DNA of 24,000 nucleotides from positions 1 through 24,000 of the forward strand of contig JAPKYM010000212.1 of NCBI GenBank assembly GCA_026394315.1. The letters run 5' to 3'. The DNA comes from Candidatus Bathyarchaeota archaeon. Lineage in GTDB: Archaea > Thermoproteota > Bathyarchaeia > 40CM-2-53-6 > RBG-13-38-9. Position numbers and translations under genes: made by a program. The notes under the pieces were generated by a model. It saw only the letters and a list, made by a program, of their open reading frames with translations, searched no databases and was not told where the DNA came from. The stretch's first letter is position 1. Every line of letters begins with the position of its first letter. Shown piece after piece: positions 7,892-15,969 of this stretch.

Positions 7892-8950
7892 CTACCTGAA
7901 AGAGTTCCAGTATTCTTTCAGAATAGACTTGAGCTTCTTTATCCGTTCTTCGATCTCTTGATTTCTATTCACTTCTTGCCGTGCCTTCAGTTCTACTGGT
8001 AGGCAAGGTAAGTCAGCTAGAGCTGTAACTATGCTGGCTATGGACGCTGGAAGAGCTTCAAGATTGTATCCTCCTTCTAGAACTAGAGCTAGGTTATCCC
8101 TGCAGAACCTATGTGTGAGAACTAGTAACTTCCTCGTAATGTTAGCGTACGTGTAAGATGTGAACTCAAGATTCGCAATTGGATCTGCATAGTGAGCATC
8201 TTGACCTGCAGATACTGTGATAAACTCAGGTCTAAACTCTTCCACCAGTGGTGATACTATCTCAGCCAAGATCCGGTCGTAAACATCGCCCGATGTCCCC
8301 GCTGGCAATGGGAGATTAACATTGAAACCTCTTCCTTCCCCCTCACCAATCTCTTCCATATATCCTGTCCCTGGGTAGAGCGGCATCTGGTGGGTAGAGA
8401 AGTAGAGAACTGTAGGGTCTCCATAGAAAATATCCTGAGTTCCATTACCGTGATGAACGTCCCAATCTATAATCATGAAACGCTTTAGGCCAAATTTTCT
8501 CCTCAGATGCTCGATCATCACACAGACATTGTTGAAGTAGCAGAAGCCGCCACCATAGCCTCTTCCAGCATGATGTCCAGGAGGACGAACTAGGGCAAAG
8601 GAGTTTTTCACTTCTCCTCGGATTATGATTTCTCCAGCCTGGATAGCCCCTCCGGCACTCAGTCTAGCAATTTCATATGTTTCAGTTTGAACAGGTGTGT
8701 CGAGTGTGAGTACTCCCCCGCGTTTGCTAAGTGACTGAATCTCTTGGACATAATCCTCTATGTGGACAGCTGTTAGATCCTCTATTGTTGCTGGCTTGGG
8801 CGCGAACAGTTGTATCTCTGGATTGTCAAGCAAACCCGCTCTTCTAAGATATTCAATAGTTGTGCTAATTCTTTCTGGCTTCTCTGGGTGATCTTGCCCT
8901 AGATTGTGCCTGATGTAGTCAGGATGGTATACCAGCCCAGTTGTAGGCAT
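7892..8950 (-). CDS. Histone deacetylase-family (arginase/deacetylase fold) protein: protein or polyamine deacetylase, AcuC/Aph-like
   Basis: 352-aa ORF with ATG start. Motifs: RPPGHHAGRGYGGGFCYFNNV, DWDVHHGNGTQDIFY, GTGYMEEIGEGEGRGFNVNLPL, LEGGYN. Confidence 0.9.
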   Translation of the reverse strand: MPTTGLVYHPDYIRHNLGQDHPEKPERISTTIEYLRRAGLLDNPEIQLFAPKPATIEDLTAVHIEDYVQEIQSLSKRGGVLTLDTPVQTETYEIARLSAGGAIQAGEIIIRGEVKNSFALVRPPGHHAGRGYGGGFCYFNNVCVMIEHLRRKFGLKRFMIIDWDVHHGNGTQDIFYGDPTVLYFSTHQMPLYPGTGYMEEIGEGEGRGFNVNLPLPAGTSGDVYDRILAEIVSPLVEEFRPEFITVSAGQDAHYADPIANLEFTSYTYANITRKLLVLTHRFCRDNLALVLEGGYNLEALPASIASIVTALADLPCLPVELKARQEVNRNQEIEERIKKLKSILKEYWNSFR

Positions 8951-9684
8951 CCCTGAAGCCTCGAAGGTGGACAGAGTAGTTATATGCTCTTAACGTTTTC
9001 ACAACTTAATCCCAGAAAAGTCTGGTGCGCTGATATTCCCTCTCGGCCTTTAATATCTCCGAATATAATTCGGCTTCGCTGTGAACGTATTGTCTGAGAA
9101 TACGTGCTGCTGTTGCGGGTCCAACCCCTCTTGCAGCCATAGTTAGTATAGCCTTTCTTCCCGCTGTCTGTACTAGTCCCGCAGATCTCCAAGCTCTTCT
9201 CCACTGGTCCTCCTCTTCTAGGGTCAGCTTCGCATTGTTTTTCTTCTTAGTCGCTATTGTTAGAAGTTCATTGTCGCCGTGGTAGGCAACCGCTATCAAT
9301 GTTGATCTACATTTGAGGCATCTTATGACCTCGGATAGAGTCTTGACTGCTCTCACACTCTCCCAGTCAGCATTAAAGATGCCAGACCAATCTAACCGTT
9401 GTTGATAGAAGCCTTTCCTTTACTATTTCGGCTAGTGGTTAGGTTGGCAATGCGGGTCTGAGGAGATTATATGGGATAATCTTATTGATTATCGGTAGGG
9501 CAAAAGGTGAACAACTCATTCCCTTTGCTCTACTGCCTTTACTTTTATCTCTCCAGCGATGATTTTCTGAATTACTCTTATCGTGTTCGGGATGTCCAGC
9601 TTCTCTAAGTAGATCTCGCGCTGCGCCTCATGGTTTATTGGGGTTCCCCTGAATCTTTCAACGAGCAGTTTGGCTCTCCGAATC

Positions 9685-10545
9685 TTAGTCTGCCTTCGAT
9701 TCAACTGCTCCGAACCTCTTTGCTATGTGCCAATGCCTCCACGCAAAGAGCTCTGTGCTCTCAACTGCGCTGCCTATTATTGTCGAAACCTCATCTGGGC
9801 TCAGTTTCAGAAGTTCATTGGCAAGACTATTCGGATCTAGTTTCACAGGTGTCACTATAGCGATTCTGTAAGCGTCCACCTGAGTGAGAATGTTTAGTCC
9901 AGATTTGGCCTGCAGTAGAGTGGCTAGTATCAAAGCTAGAGTTTCATTGACTAGGTTACCGAAACATGCATGGATCACTATACAGTTTTCAAAACGTTCA
10001 ATGACTATCTGATCATTTGTTGGCAAGGGATAATCTCGGATATGAGTCTCGACTGTTTCCTTGACTCTTGACGTAGCATTGTCATTGATGTCAAGGTTCT
10101 TCGAGAGTTTTTGGAGTTCCTCACTAGAATCTACGGCCCTCGAGAAGGTGTCTCGAAGTCTGCCTACTTGCATAGCAACCTCATGCTCGACTGGTATTAT
10201 CTCCCCTTCCCAGCTAGGTATCGCTTTCAGAGTCGGTGCTGATGCTTCGACCTCTACACTTAGTTTGTCATCATCGACACATATGACGCGCCAAGTGCTC
10301 CCGTGCATGATAAATTCTGTACCAGTATGGCATCGCCTTGCCACAAACTCCTGATCGAGCGTTCCGAGGTGCCTTTTCAAAGCGAAATCGAACACTTTGT
10401 ACTTCTTTACATCTGGTATCATTGACAGATTCTCATAGTAGTATTTGTGTATTCTCGGAAACTTGGTGTATAGGATCTCAGCGGTCATTCTCACGATTCT
10501 CTGTTGTTGAAGCTGTTGGATGACACTAGAATGTTTTTGGCTCAA
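9685..10545 (-). CDS. Second large fragment of the disrupted Lhr-type helicase (WH plus DEAD-associated domain region)
   Basis: Track ORF of 286 aa. It overlaps the previous fragment by 20 nt in a different frame. Removing one A from the A5 run joins ...GNLEPK to HSSVIQQLQQQ... in frame. Confidence 0.75.
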   Translation of the reverse strand: MSQKHSSVIQQLQQQRIVRMTAEILYTKFPRIHKYYYENLSMIPDVKKYKVFDFALKRHLGTLDQEFVARRCHTGTEFIMHGSTWRVICVDDDKLSVEVEASAPTLKAIPSWEGEIIPVEHEVAMQVGRLRDTFSRAVDSSEELQKLSKNLDINDNATSRVKETVETHIRDYPLPTNDQIVIERFENCIVIHACFGNLVNETLALILATLLQAKSGLNILTQVDAYRIAIVTPVKLDPNSLANELLKLSPDEVSTIIGSAVESTELFAWRHWHIAKRFGAVESKAD

Positions 10546-11581
10546 GATTTCCGTAGGGATACGCTCCTCTCACAATGTTGTATGCTTCATCCAAAGCTAT
10601 CTTTCTTGTATCTAGGATTAAACCTACAATTTGGTGGGCCAGAACATCCAACGCATTATAATGTATCTTGAGTTCCTCAAGTTGACCCTTCTTAGCACGG
10701 CTTACCAGTACTGCTGACTCTAGTATGTCATCAGCCCACGTTGTAATTATGTGTCCGCGTGGTGAAGAGGTTAGTTGATGACCACTCCTCCCTATCCTTT
10801 GGATCATTCTGGTGGCTTCTCTCGGAGACATGTACTGGATTACAAGATCTACTGTTCCTACATCTATTCCTAGTTCAAGGGACGATGTGCAGATTACACC
10901 TTTGACTTTACCTTCTTGAAATTCTGCCTCAACTTGCTCCCTTATTTCTCTGGATAGTGAATCGTGGTGAACCTTCACGAGAATCTTGCAGCCTATTGCA
11001 TTTATTTGTGAACCTAGCGCTTCTGCATGTTCCCTTGTATTTGTGAATACGAGTGTTGAACGTTGCTCAGAGATGAGCTCACATATTCTTCTTACGCGAC
11101 CAACTGTTGCTGGTGGAATGCCTAGATTCTTTGCATCATCGTAGTCGCTTTTACTTGGATTCACATGTTCGACTTTGACGTCCAAGTTGCGGAGTTCAGC
11201 AGACTTCAGTATACGTGCTTCGCCTGATGAACCGGTGAGAAACTTTGATATCTTCTCAGCCTCACCAACGGTTGCAGAAAGCCCTACTCGTTGAAAATCG
11301 TGGCCAACCAGTCTACGGAGTCTCTCAAGAGCTACTGAAAGCTGTACTCCCCTTTTGTCTGTTGCAAGTTCATGGATCTCGTCAACAATTAGCCATCTAA
11401 CATTTCTTAGATGTTCTTTCATCCTCTTGCCTGGAAGTATTGCCTGTAATGTTTCGGGAGTTGTAATCAGCATATCAGGTGGTGACTTCGCCTGTTTTGC
11501 TCTTGCAGTCGTTGGGGTATCTCCATGTCTAATCTGGATGTCTAGCCCAAGATCCTTGCCACTTTCAAGAAGCCTTCTCAA
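10526..11581 (-). CDS. Largest fragment of the disrupted Lhr-type helicase (RecA1/RecA2 core); listed separately because a gene caller would report it as its own ORF
   Basis: Track ORF of 351 aa. The same frame stays open upstream to about 11735 and there encodes the Walker A APTGTGKT. The fragment contains DEIH, SAT, HHDSLS and QRIGRSGH. Confidence 0.8.
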   Translation of the reverse strand: MRRLLESGKDLGLDIQIRHGDTPTTARAKQAKSPPDMLITTPETLQAILPGKRMKEHLRNVRWLIVDEIHELATDKRGVQLSVALERLRRLVGHDFQRVGLSATVGEAEKISKFLTGSSGEARILKSAELRNLDVKVEHVNPSKSDYDDAKNLGIPPATVGRVRRICELISEQRSTLVFTNTREHAEALGSQINAIGCKILVKVHHDSLSREIREQVEAEFQEGKVKGVICTSSLELGIDVGTVDLVIQYMSPREATRMIQRIGRSGHQLTSSPRGHIITTWADDILESAVLVSRAKKGQLEELKIHYNALDVLAHQIVGLILDTRKIALDEAYNIVRGAYPYGNLEPKTF

Positions 11582-12045
11582 TAGGTCGCGGTTGAGCGCC
11601 CTGAGAGGTGTTACGTATAGTATACTTACTCCTTTGAGCTTCTTTGAGATTTGATTCGACAGATAGAGATTGAATATTGGAAGAATAGCTGCCAGAGTTT
11701 TGCCTGTTCCAGTGGGAGCGATAAGAAGAACGTTTTGCCTTTCAATATGTCTGGAATCGCAAGCTTCTGAATCTCGCTCGCTTCTGCTATCCCGTACCTT
11801 TGAATTTGTCGTCTGAGAGGCTCTTCCAGTAACCCAAATACGTTCTCAGCCATCAAGCTGTCTCCAGTGATCTCTAGGTCGATGGTGCCTCCTAATGACT
11901 CAACTAGCAATAGTGCAAAGGATAAACGTTCACTTCATGAGCAAAGCCACAAGGTAGCCTGTTCAGAGCACGCGCTAAGTCACTTGGTGTGTGCTATTGT
12001 TCTGTAATGAACTTCTACTGGTTACTAAGCCGCTTTCCAGATTCG

Positions 12046-12462
12046 CTAACGAACTATAAGCACTGGACATGGTGCGTGGTGACTCACACTGTTGCTTACA
12101 CTTCCCAAGAGAAACCTCTTCGCTCCGCTCAAGCCCCGACTTCCAATGATAATCAAGTCACTTCCCTCTTCCTTAGCGATATTGATTATTGTGTCGGCAA
12201 CTTGACCAGTCTCAAGTCTAGTTGAGGCTTTTACACCTAAAGACTCGACAATATTCTTTGTATTCTCAAGTACTTTACGTCCCGATTCCTCAAGAGGACG
12301 GTAGTCAATAATCCCAGCCTCAACCCCTAATATTATTGGAGGTGGAATGACACATAACAAAGTCATCTCGGAGCCATACTTCTCAGAGACACTGCAGGCA
12401 TATCTGACGCCCTGATCGGAACTCTTGGAACCGTCAACCGGGACAAGGAGTTTCTTCATCAT
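12046..12462 (-). CDS. Universal stress protein (UspA family)
   Basis: I start at ATG 12462 (MMKKLLVPVDGS...); the track begins at GTG 12486. Typical USP features: VPVDGS near the N-terminus and IIIGSRGLSGAKRFLLGSVSNSVSHHAPCPVLIV at the C-terminus. Confidence 0.85.
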   Translation of the reverse strand: MMKKLLVPVDGSKSSDQGVRYACSVSEKYGSEMTLLCVIPPPIILGVEAGIIDYRPLEESGRKVLENTKNIVESLGVKASTRLETGQVADTIINIAKEEGSDLIIIGSRGLSGAKRFLLGSVSNSVSHHAPCPVLIVR

Positions 12463-12639
12463 TACAGCATCAACATTAATCTCCACGTAGACTAGTGAAA
12501 AGCCTTACCTTTCCATTCAACAATCGTGATTGATTGTCCGGTTTTGCGCTTTTGATGCCCGCGCTCTATTAATGAAAGGTATGATCTTCACCGTAAGCCA
12601 TTTATTTGCACCATATTACTCGCTACGTGGTGATATCTA

Positions 12640-13710
12640 ATGAAAAGGTACGACATCGGCATAATGTTCGCGAACGATGAAGAGCAAGATCGACCGATGG
12701 ACCGAGACACATGGCTCCGTGAATGCTTCCCCGAGTGGGGAACTTACCTCAACAGACAAATAGAAGCTGAGAAGGTCGACAAAGGTAAGCTTGTGCTCTG
12801 GTGGTTCGGTGCATGCGCATTCTACATCAAGACTCCAGGAGATGCCAACGTTCTCATCGATAACTACAGTGGTCCATCCCTTTACATCACATATGAGGGT
12901 GGTGGTGGACCTGTAAGGATGAATGGTGCAGAGCGACAAGAATGGATGAGATGTAACCCGCATGTAATAGACCCGTGGGCATTCACGAAAGTAGATGTAC
13001 TGCTATCAACTCACCTGCACAACGATCACTGTGATATCTATACGATAAAGCCACTGATCAAGAATACAAAATGTCTGTTCGTGGGTGCACCCGCATCCTG
13101 TAAAATGTTTGAGATGTATGGAGTTCCAAAAGACAGAATCTTGCGGATGAAGCCAGGGGACAAACATAAGATCAAAGATACCATTATCAAAGCCACGAAA
13201 TCCACAGACTTCTGCGCGCTAAGAGGCGGCGAAGTTAGGCCCGGAAAGACAATAGATGAAGTTGGTCTGAACTACCTAATTGAAACCCCAGCTGGAAACA
13301 TATACCATGCTGGCGATTCTTCATACCACGACTACTACTACAGAGTTGGCAGTGAAAACAAGGTTGACATGGCCCTAATCAACTGTGGAGACAGCCCACC
13401 CAGTTTCACAGATAAAATGTCTTTCGCAGACGCTGCAAGAGTAGCAAACCAGCTGCGAGCTAAGGTTCTCATACCAATGCACTATGATAACTGGGCAATA
13501 GCCGAGGGTGATCCAGCGGAGCTCGAAGTTATAGTGAAAATGAAGTACCCACATCTTAAGACATTCATCATGAAATGGGGCGGACGGTTCGAGTGGCCGA
13601 CAGATGCGGACAAAGGAAGATACATATACCCAAGACAAGAGGAGAGAGCTAGACCCGAACTATCATGGGAGTACGGAGACAAGCCACGCGTAAAACTTGT
13701 TGTGGAGTAA
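12640..13710 (+). CDS. ulaG: UlaG-like metallo-beta-lactamase-fold hydrolase (L-ascorbate-6-phosphate lactonase family)
   Basis: 356-aa ORF with ATG start. It is collinear with my memory of E. coli UlaG along the whole length: FPEWGTYLN..IE.EKV..G...WWFG, THLHNDHCD, GVPK.R....KPGD, NYL.ETP.G..YH.GDS.Y..YY...G.....D.AL, TDKMS.AD, AKVLIP.HYD.W, and the C-terminal YPR. Confidence 0.85.
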   Translation: MKRYDIGIMFANDEEQDRPMDRDTWLRECFPEWGTYLNRQIEAEKVDKGKLVLWWFGACAFYIKTPGDANVLIDNYSGPSLYITYEGGGGPVRMNGAERQEWMRCNPHVIDPWAFTKVDVLLSTHLHNDHCDIYTIKPLIKNTKCLFVGAPASCKMFEMYGVPKDRILRMKPGDKHKIKDTIIKATKSTDFCALRGGEVRPGKTIDEVGLNYLIETPAGNIYHAGDSSYHDYYYRVGSENKVDMALINCGDSPPSFTDKMSFADAARVANQLRAKVLIPMHYDNWAIAEGDPAELEVIVKMKYPHLKTFIMKWGGRFEWPTDADKGRYIYPRQEERARPELSWEYGDKPRVKLVVE

Positions 13711-13999
13711 ATCCACAACATCCCTTCTGTTTCTAGACCGACTTTACTGCTAAGTATTAGAATATACAAGTTTATGACTATTACGGTCACAGTTGGCGAC
13801 TCAACTCTCGTAAATATACAAGAACTATATCATGTATCGGACGTTGCTTCATAAGCTGTTGACATGAATGTGCTTAGAAGAGCGTGACTTAATAACCTAT
13901 TTTATTAATTAATTTACATAAAATAGCTACATACAATTACAATCCAAGTTCCACGGTTTATTAGTCACATATAACCAAGCGAAGGGGCGCGTGAACAGA

Positions 14000-14452
14000 A
14001 TGAAGCTGGAAGAGTATCTAGAAAAAAACAACATTTGGCATCGCTTTGTGAGCAAAACTGAGACAATTCATACTGCCGATGCGGCAAAGGCAGCTGGTGT
14101 AGAGCTTAACAAGGTCACCAAGAACCTCGTCTCACTAGCCAACACAGGCGAACACGTCCTATTGATAGTACCTGGAAGTAGAAAGGTTGACCTAAAACAG
14201 GCTGCTAGTTCCATCGGTGTTGAGGGTATACAATTAGTGTCATTCGAAGAGGCTGAGAAAATCAGTGGGTATCCTCCTGGAGGTACTCCTTCGGTAGCTC
14301 ACAAGAATAAAATGAGGGTTGTAGTGGAGAAGAGTCTACTCAATTATGACACAGTATTCTGTGGCGGAGGTTCTCGAGATAGGTTGCTAGAACTCCGTGT
14401 TCAAGATATCGTAAGATTAAACGATGCTGTAGTTGAGACCATCACTCAATGA
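14000..14452 (+). CDS. YbaK/ProX-type aminoacyl-tRNA editing (trans-deacylase) domain protein
   Basis: About 150 aa from ATG 14000 (the track starts at GTG 13991). Family pattern: T..DAAKAAGVE...V.KNLV, VLLIVPG..KVDLK, GYPPGGTPSVAH, and a GGG tail. Confidence 0.8.
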   Translation: MKLEEYLEKNNIWHRFVSKTETIHTADAAKAAGVELNKVTKNLVSLANTGEHVLLIVPGSRKVDLKQAASSIGVEGIQLVSFEEAEKISGYPPGGTPSVAHKNKMRVVVEKSLLNYDTVFCGGGSRDRLLELRVQDIVRLNDAVVETITQ

Positions 14453-14504
14453 ATATCTCCCATTCTAAAAAGGATTTAACGCTGCATGAATAGGTATTCT
14501 TTCA

Positions 14505-14621
14505 GCCGGGGTGGCAGAGTGGCAAAACAATAAGTGGGCCAATGCGCCGGACTCGAGAACGCCACGTCAACATATCCGGTTCTCCTCACGGAGAGCAGGG
14601 GTTCAAGTCCCCTCCCCGGCG
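14505..14621 (+). tRNA. tRNA-Ser: tRNA-Ser (anticodon CGA), class II, with two apparent introns: one in the D-loop and one at the canonical 37/38 site
   Basis: Acceptor stem GCCGGGG (14505-14511) pairs with CCCCGGC (14614-14620). The discriminator is G14621 and no CCA is encoded. The T arm is AGGGG-TTCAAGT-CCCCT (14597-14613). A long variable arm TCTCC-TCAC-GGAGA (14581-14594) marks it as class II. The anticodon stem is CCGGA (14547-14551) with TCCGG (14575-14579). Removing about 16 nt (14558-14573) leaves the loop CTCGAGA, hence anticodon CGA. The D stem GCA (14514-16) with TGC (14543-45) encloses 26 nt instead of about 10, implying an insert of about 16 nt (roughly 14523-14538). The spliced length is about 85 nt. 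Confidence 0.8.
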
Positions 14622-14645
14622 CCTAATCAGCATTATCAGAGATTA

Positions 14646-15965
14646 CTACTCAAGCGATTTGGTCAAGTTTACGTCTTTTACCAAGACGTATGGAGTTAGA
14701 GTCGGAAATTCAACCTCCCACCACTTTACCCAATACTGCTTATCTGACAGACAAGAGATGTTTCTCAGTAATCGCGGGAGGTTCTCACTGATCCTTAAGC
14801 CCTTTAGAGACTGGACTATCTCACCGTCAGCAACACGGAATATGCCGTCCCTGCAGACTGTTGAGAAGTCACCAGTTCTGTAATTCTGAAATCTCGTGTA
14901 CCAGTTGTTCGTTATGAAGATACCGTTATCGAGATCACTAAACAATCCCTCTTCGCTAGCACCTCCTCGCTCAACAATGATATTCCATGGCTGAGGTACA
15001 ATCCAGCCTGCGTTTGCTGTACTGCGCCTACCGAACTTCTTAGCGGTTGAGGAGTTGTGAAGAAAACTCTGAAGAACTCCATTCTTTATGACGATTGTTT
15101 TCTGGGTCGGTACGCCTTCGTCATCAAATGCTCTTGAATTCAAACCATCGCTCAGCGTCCCGTCATCAACGAGAGTGAGACTCTTGGAAGCCACCCTCTT
15201 TCCTAACATGCCTGCCATAAACGAGAGTCCCGCATCAACGTTGAAGGCAGACGCAGCAGATATCACGTCATTCATGAGATTGGCAACGACATTCGGTCCA
15301 AGAATCACATCGTACTTCCCTGGTTTGCCTTCGAAAGGGTTGACTGCTTTCTTAGCTATCTCAGCCGCTGCCTTGCCAGCTTGTTCAGGATGAAAATCCT
15401 TCTCTGATCTTGCACATGAGTTGGATTGACCTGAGGCCTCGATGCCAGAGAAAGCTCGAACGGAGATCTCCAGAGAAGACAAGCTGTCATTTCCTGACGC
15501 TCCTGCTGAGGTCTCTATTCCTATACTTGAACTTCTGAAAAACAGACTGCCAGCGACTCTGTCGGCACCACTAGAAACAGCACTTGAGATGGCGTCCTTC
15601 ACATACTTTACTAAGTTGGAGCTCTGAACGGAGAGACCGGCCTGTGGAGACCTATACTTGAATGGGCCTGCTGGAAGACTTACATAGTTTTTATTTGGTC
15701 TAGTTGTTTTCGCGATTTTTAGAAGTTGGCTGATTGATTGCTTCATCGAACCTTCGGAGAGATCCTCTATTACGCCTATTGCGACCTTTTTCCTAATAGA
15801 AACCATGACGCATATTGTGGTGGAACGCCAAGATTGACTTACCGTGACCTCATTATTTGCGAATCGTATCATTCTTGCGTCTTCTCTAACATAGGTGGCA
15901 GCTACGTTATCTGCTCCTCCTCGCTTGCCTTCTCTGACTGCTAATGAAGCTAGACTGTTCTCCAA
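14646..15965 (-). CDS. pmbA: PmbA/TldE-family metalloprotease partner subunit
   Basis: 439-aa ORF starting 4 nt after the tldD stop, with an apparent TTG start. Sequence is TldE-like throughout (GADNVAA...R.ANNE, the C-terminal GDFS...G..V..GEI). It lacks the HExxxH motif, as expected for the PmbA partner. Confidence 0.85.
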   Translation of the reverse strand: MENSLASLAVREGKRGGADNVAATYVREDARMIRFANNEVTVSQSWRSTTICVMVSIRKKVAIGVIEDLSEGSMKQSISQLLKIAKTTRPNKNYVSLPAGPFKYRSPQAGLSVQSSNLVKYVKDAISSAVSSGADRVAGSLFFRSSSIGIETSAGASGNDSLSSLEISVRAFSGIEASGQSNSCARSEKDFHPEQAGKAAAEIAKKAVNPFEGKPGKYDVILGPNVVANLMNDVISAASAFNVDAGLSFMAGMLGKRVASKSLTLVDDGTLSDGLNSRAFDDEGVPTQKTIVIKNGVLQSFLHNSSTAKKFGRRSTANAGWIVPQPWNIIVERGGASEEGLFSDLDNGIFITNNWYTRFQNYRTGDFSTVCRDGIFRVADGEIVQSLKGLRISENLPRLLRNISCLSDKQYWVKWWEVEFPTLTPYVLVKDVNLTKSLE

Positions 15966-15969
15966 CGCT

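Larger units (their letters stand above)
9006..11853 (-). pseudogene. lhr: Lhr-type (large helicase-related) superfamily-2 helicase, disrupted by at least five frame changes and one in-frame stop
   Basis: Collinear fragments on the minus strand: (1) 11853 to about 11737 reads MAENVFGLLEEPLRRQIQRYGIAEASEIQKLAIPDILKGK. (2) The frame changes in the T4 run 11733-11736. (3) About 11735 to 10526 carries NVLLIAPTGTGKT, VDEIHE, SAT and QRIGRSGH. (4) The frame changes in the T5 run 10534-10538. (5) 10545 to 9685 is the winged-helix/DEAD-associated region. (6) There is a 1-nt offset near 9687, then fragment 9704 to 9516. (7) The frame changes at CCC 9521-9523. (8) An in-frame TAA sits at 9439-9441. (9) Another frame change lies at about 9380-9395. 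(10) 9419 to 9006 is the C-terminal part, with CLKC and the HhH-like GVGPATAARIL. Confidence 0.85.

Noticed and set aside
13711-13990. AT-rich 280-bp spacer with the 10-bp direct repeat aatatacaag (13761-13770 and 13813-13822), considered as a second origin or regulatory array
   Set aside because: It has no ORB-like core, no inverted long repeats, and only two copies of the short repeat. It is most simply terminator/promoter DNA between ulaG and the ybaK-like gene.
14511-14883. Track ORFs 14511..14699 and 14542..14883 on the + strand
   Set aside because: They begin inside the tRNA-Ser gene and run antisense into pmbA. The tRNA and pmbA fully explain the region.
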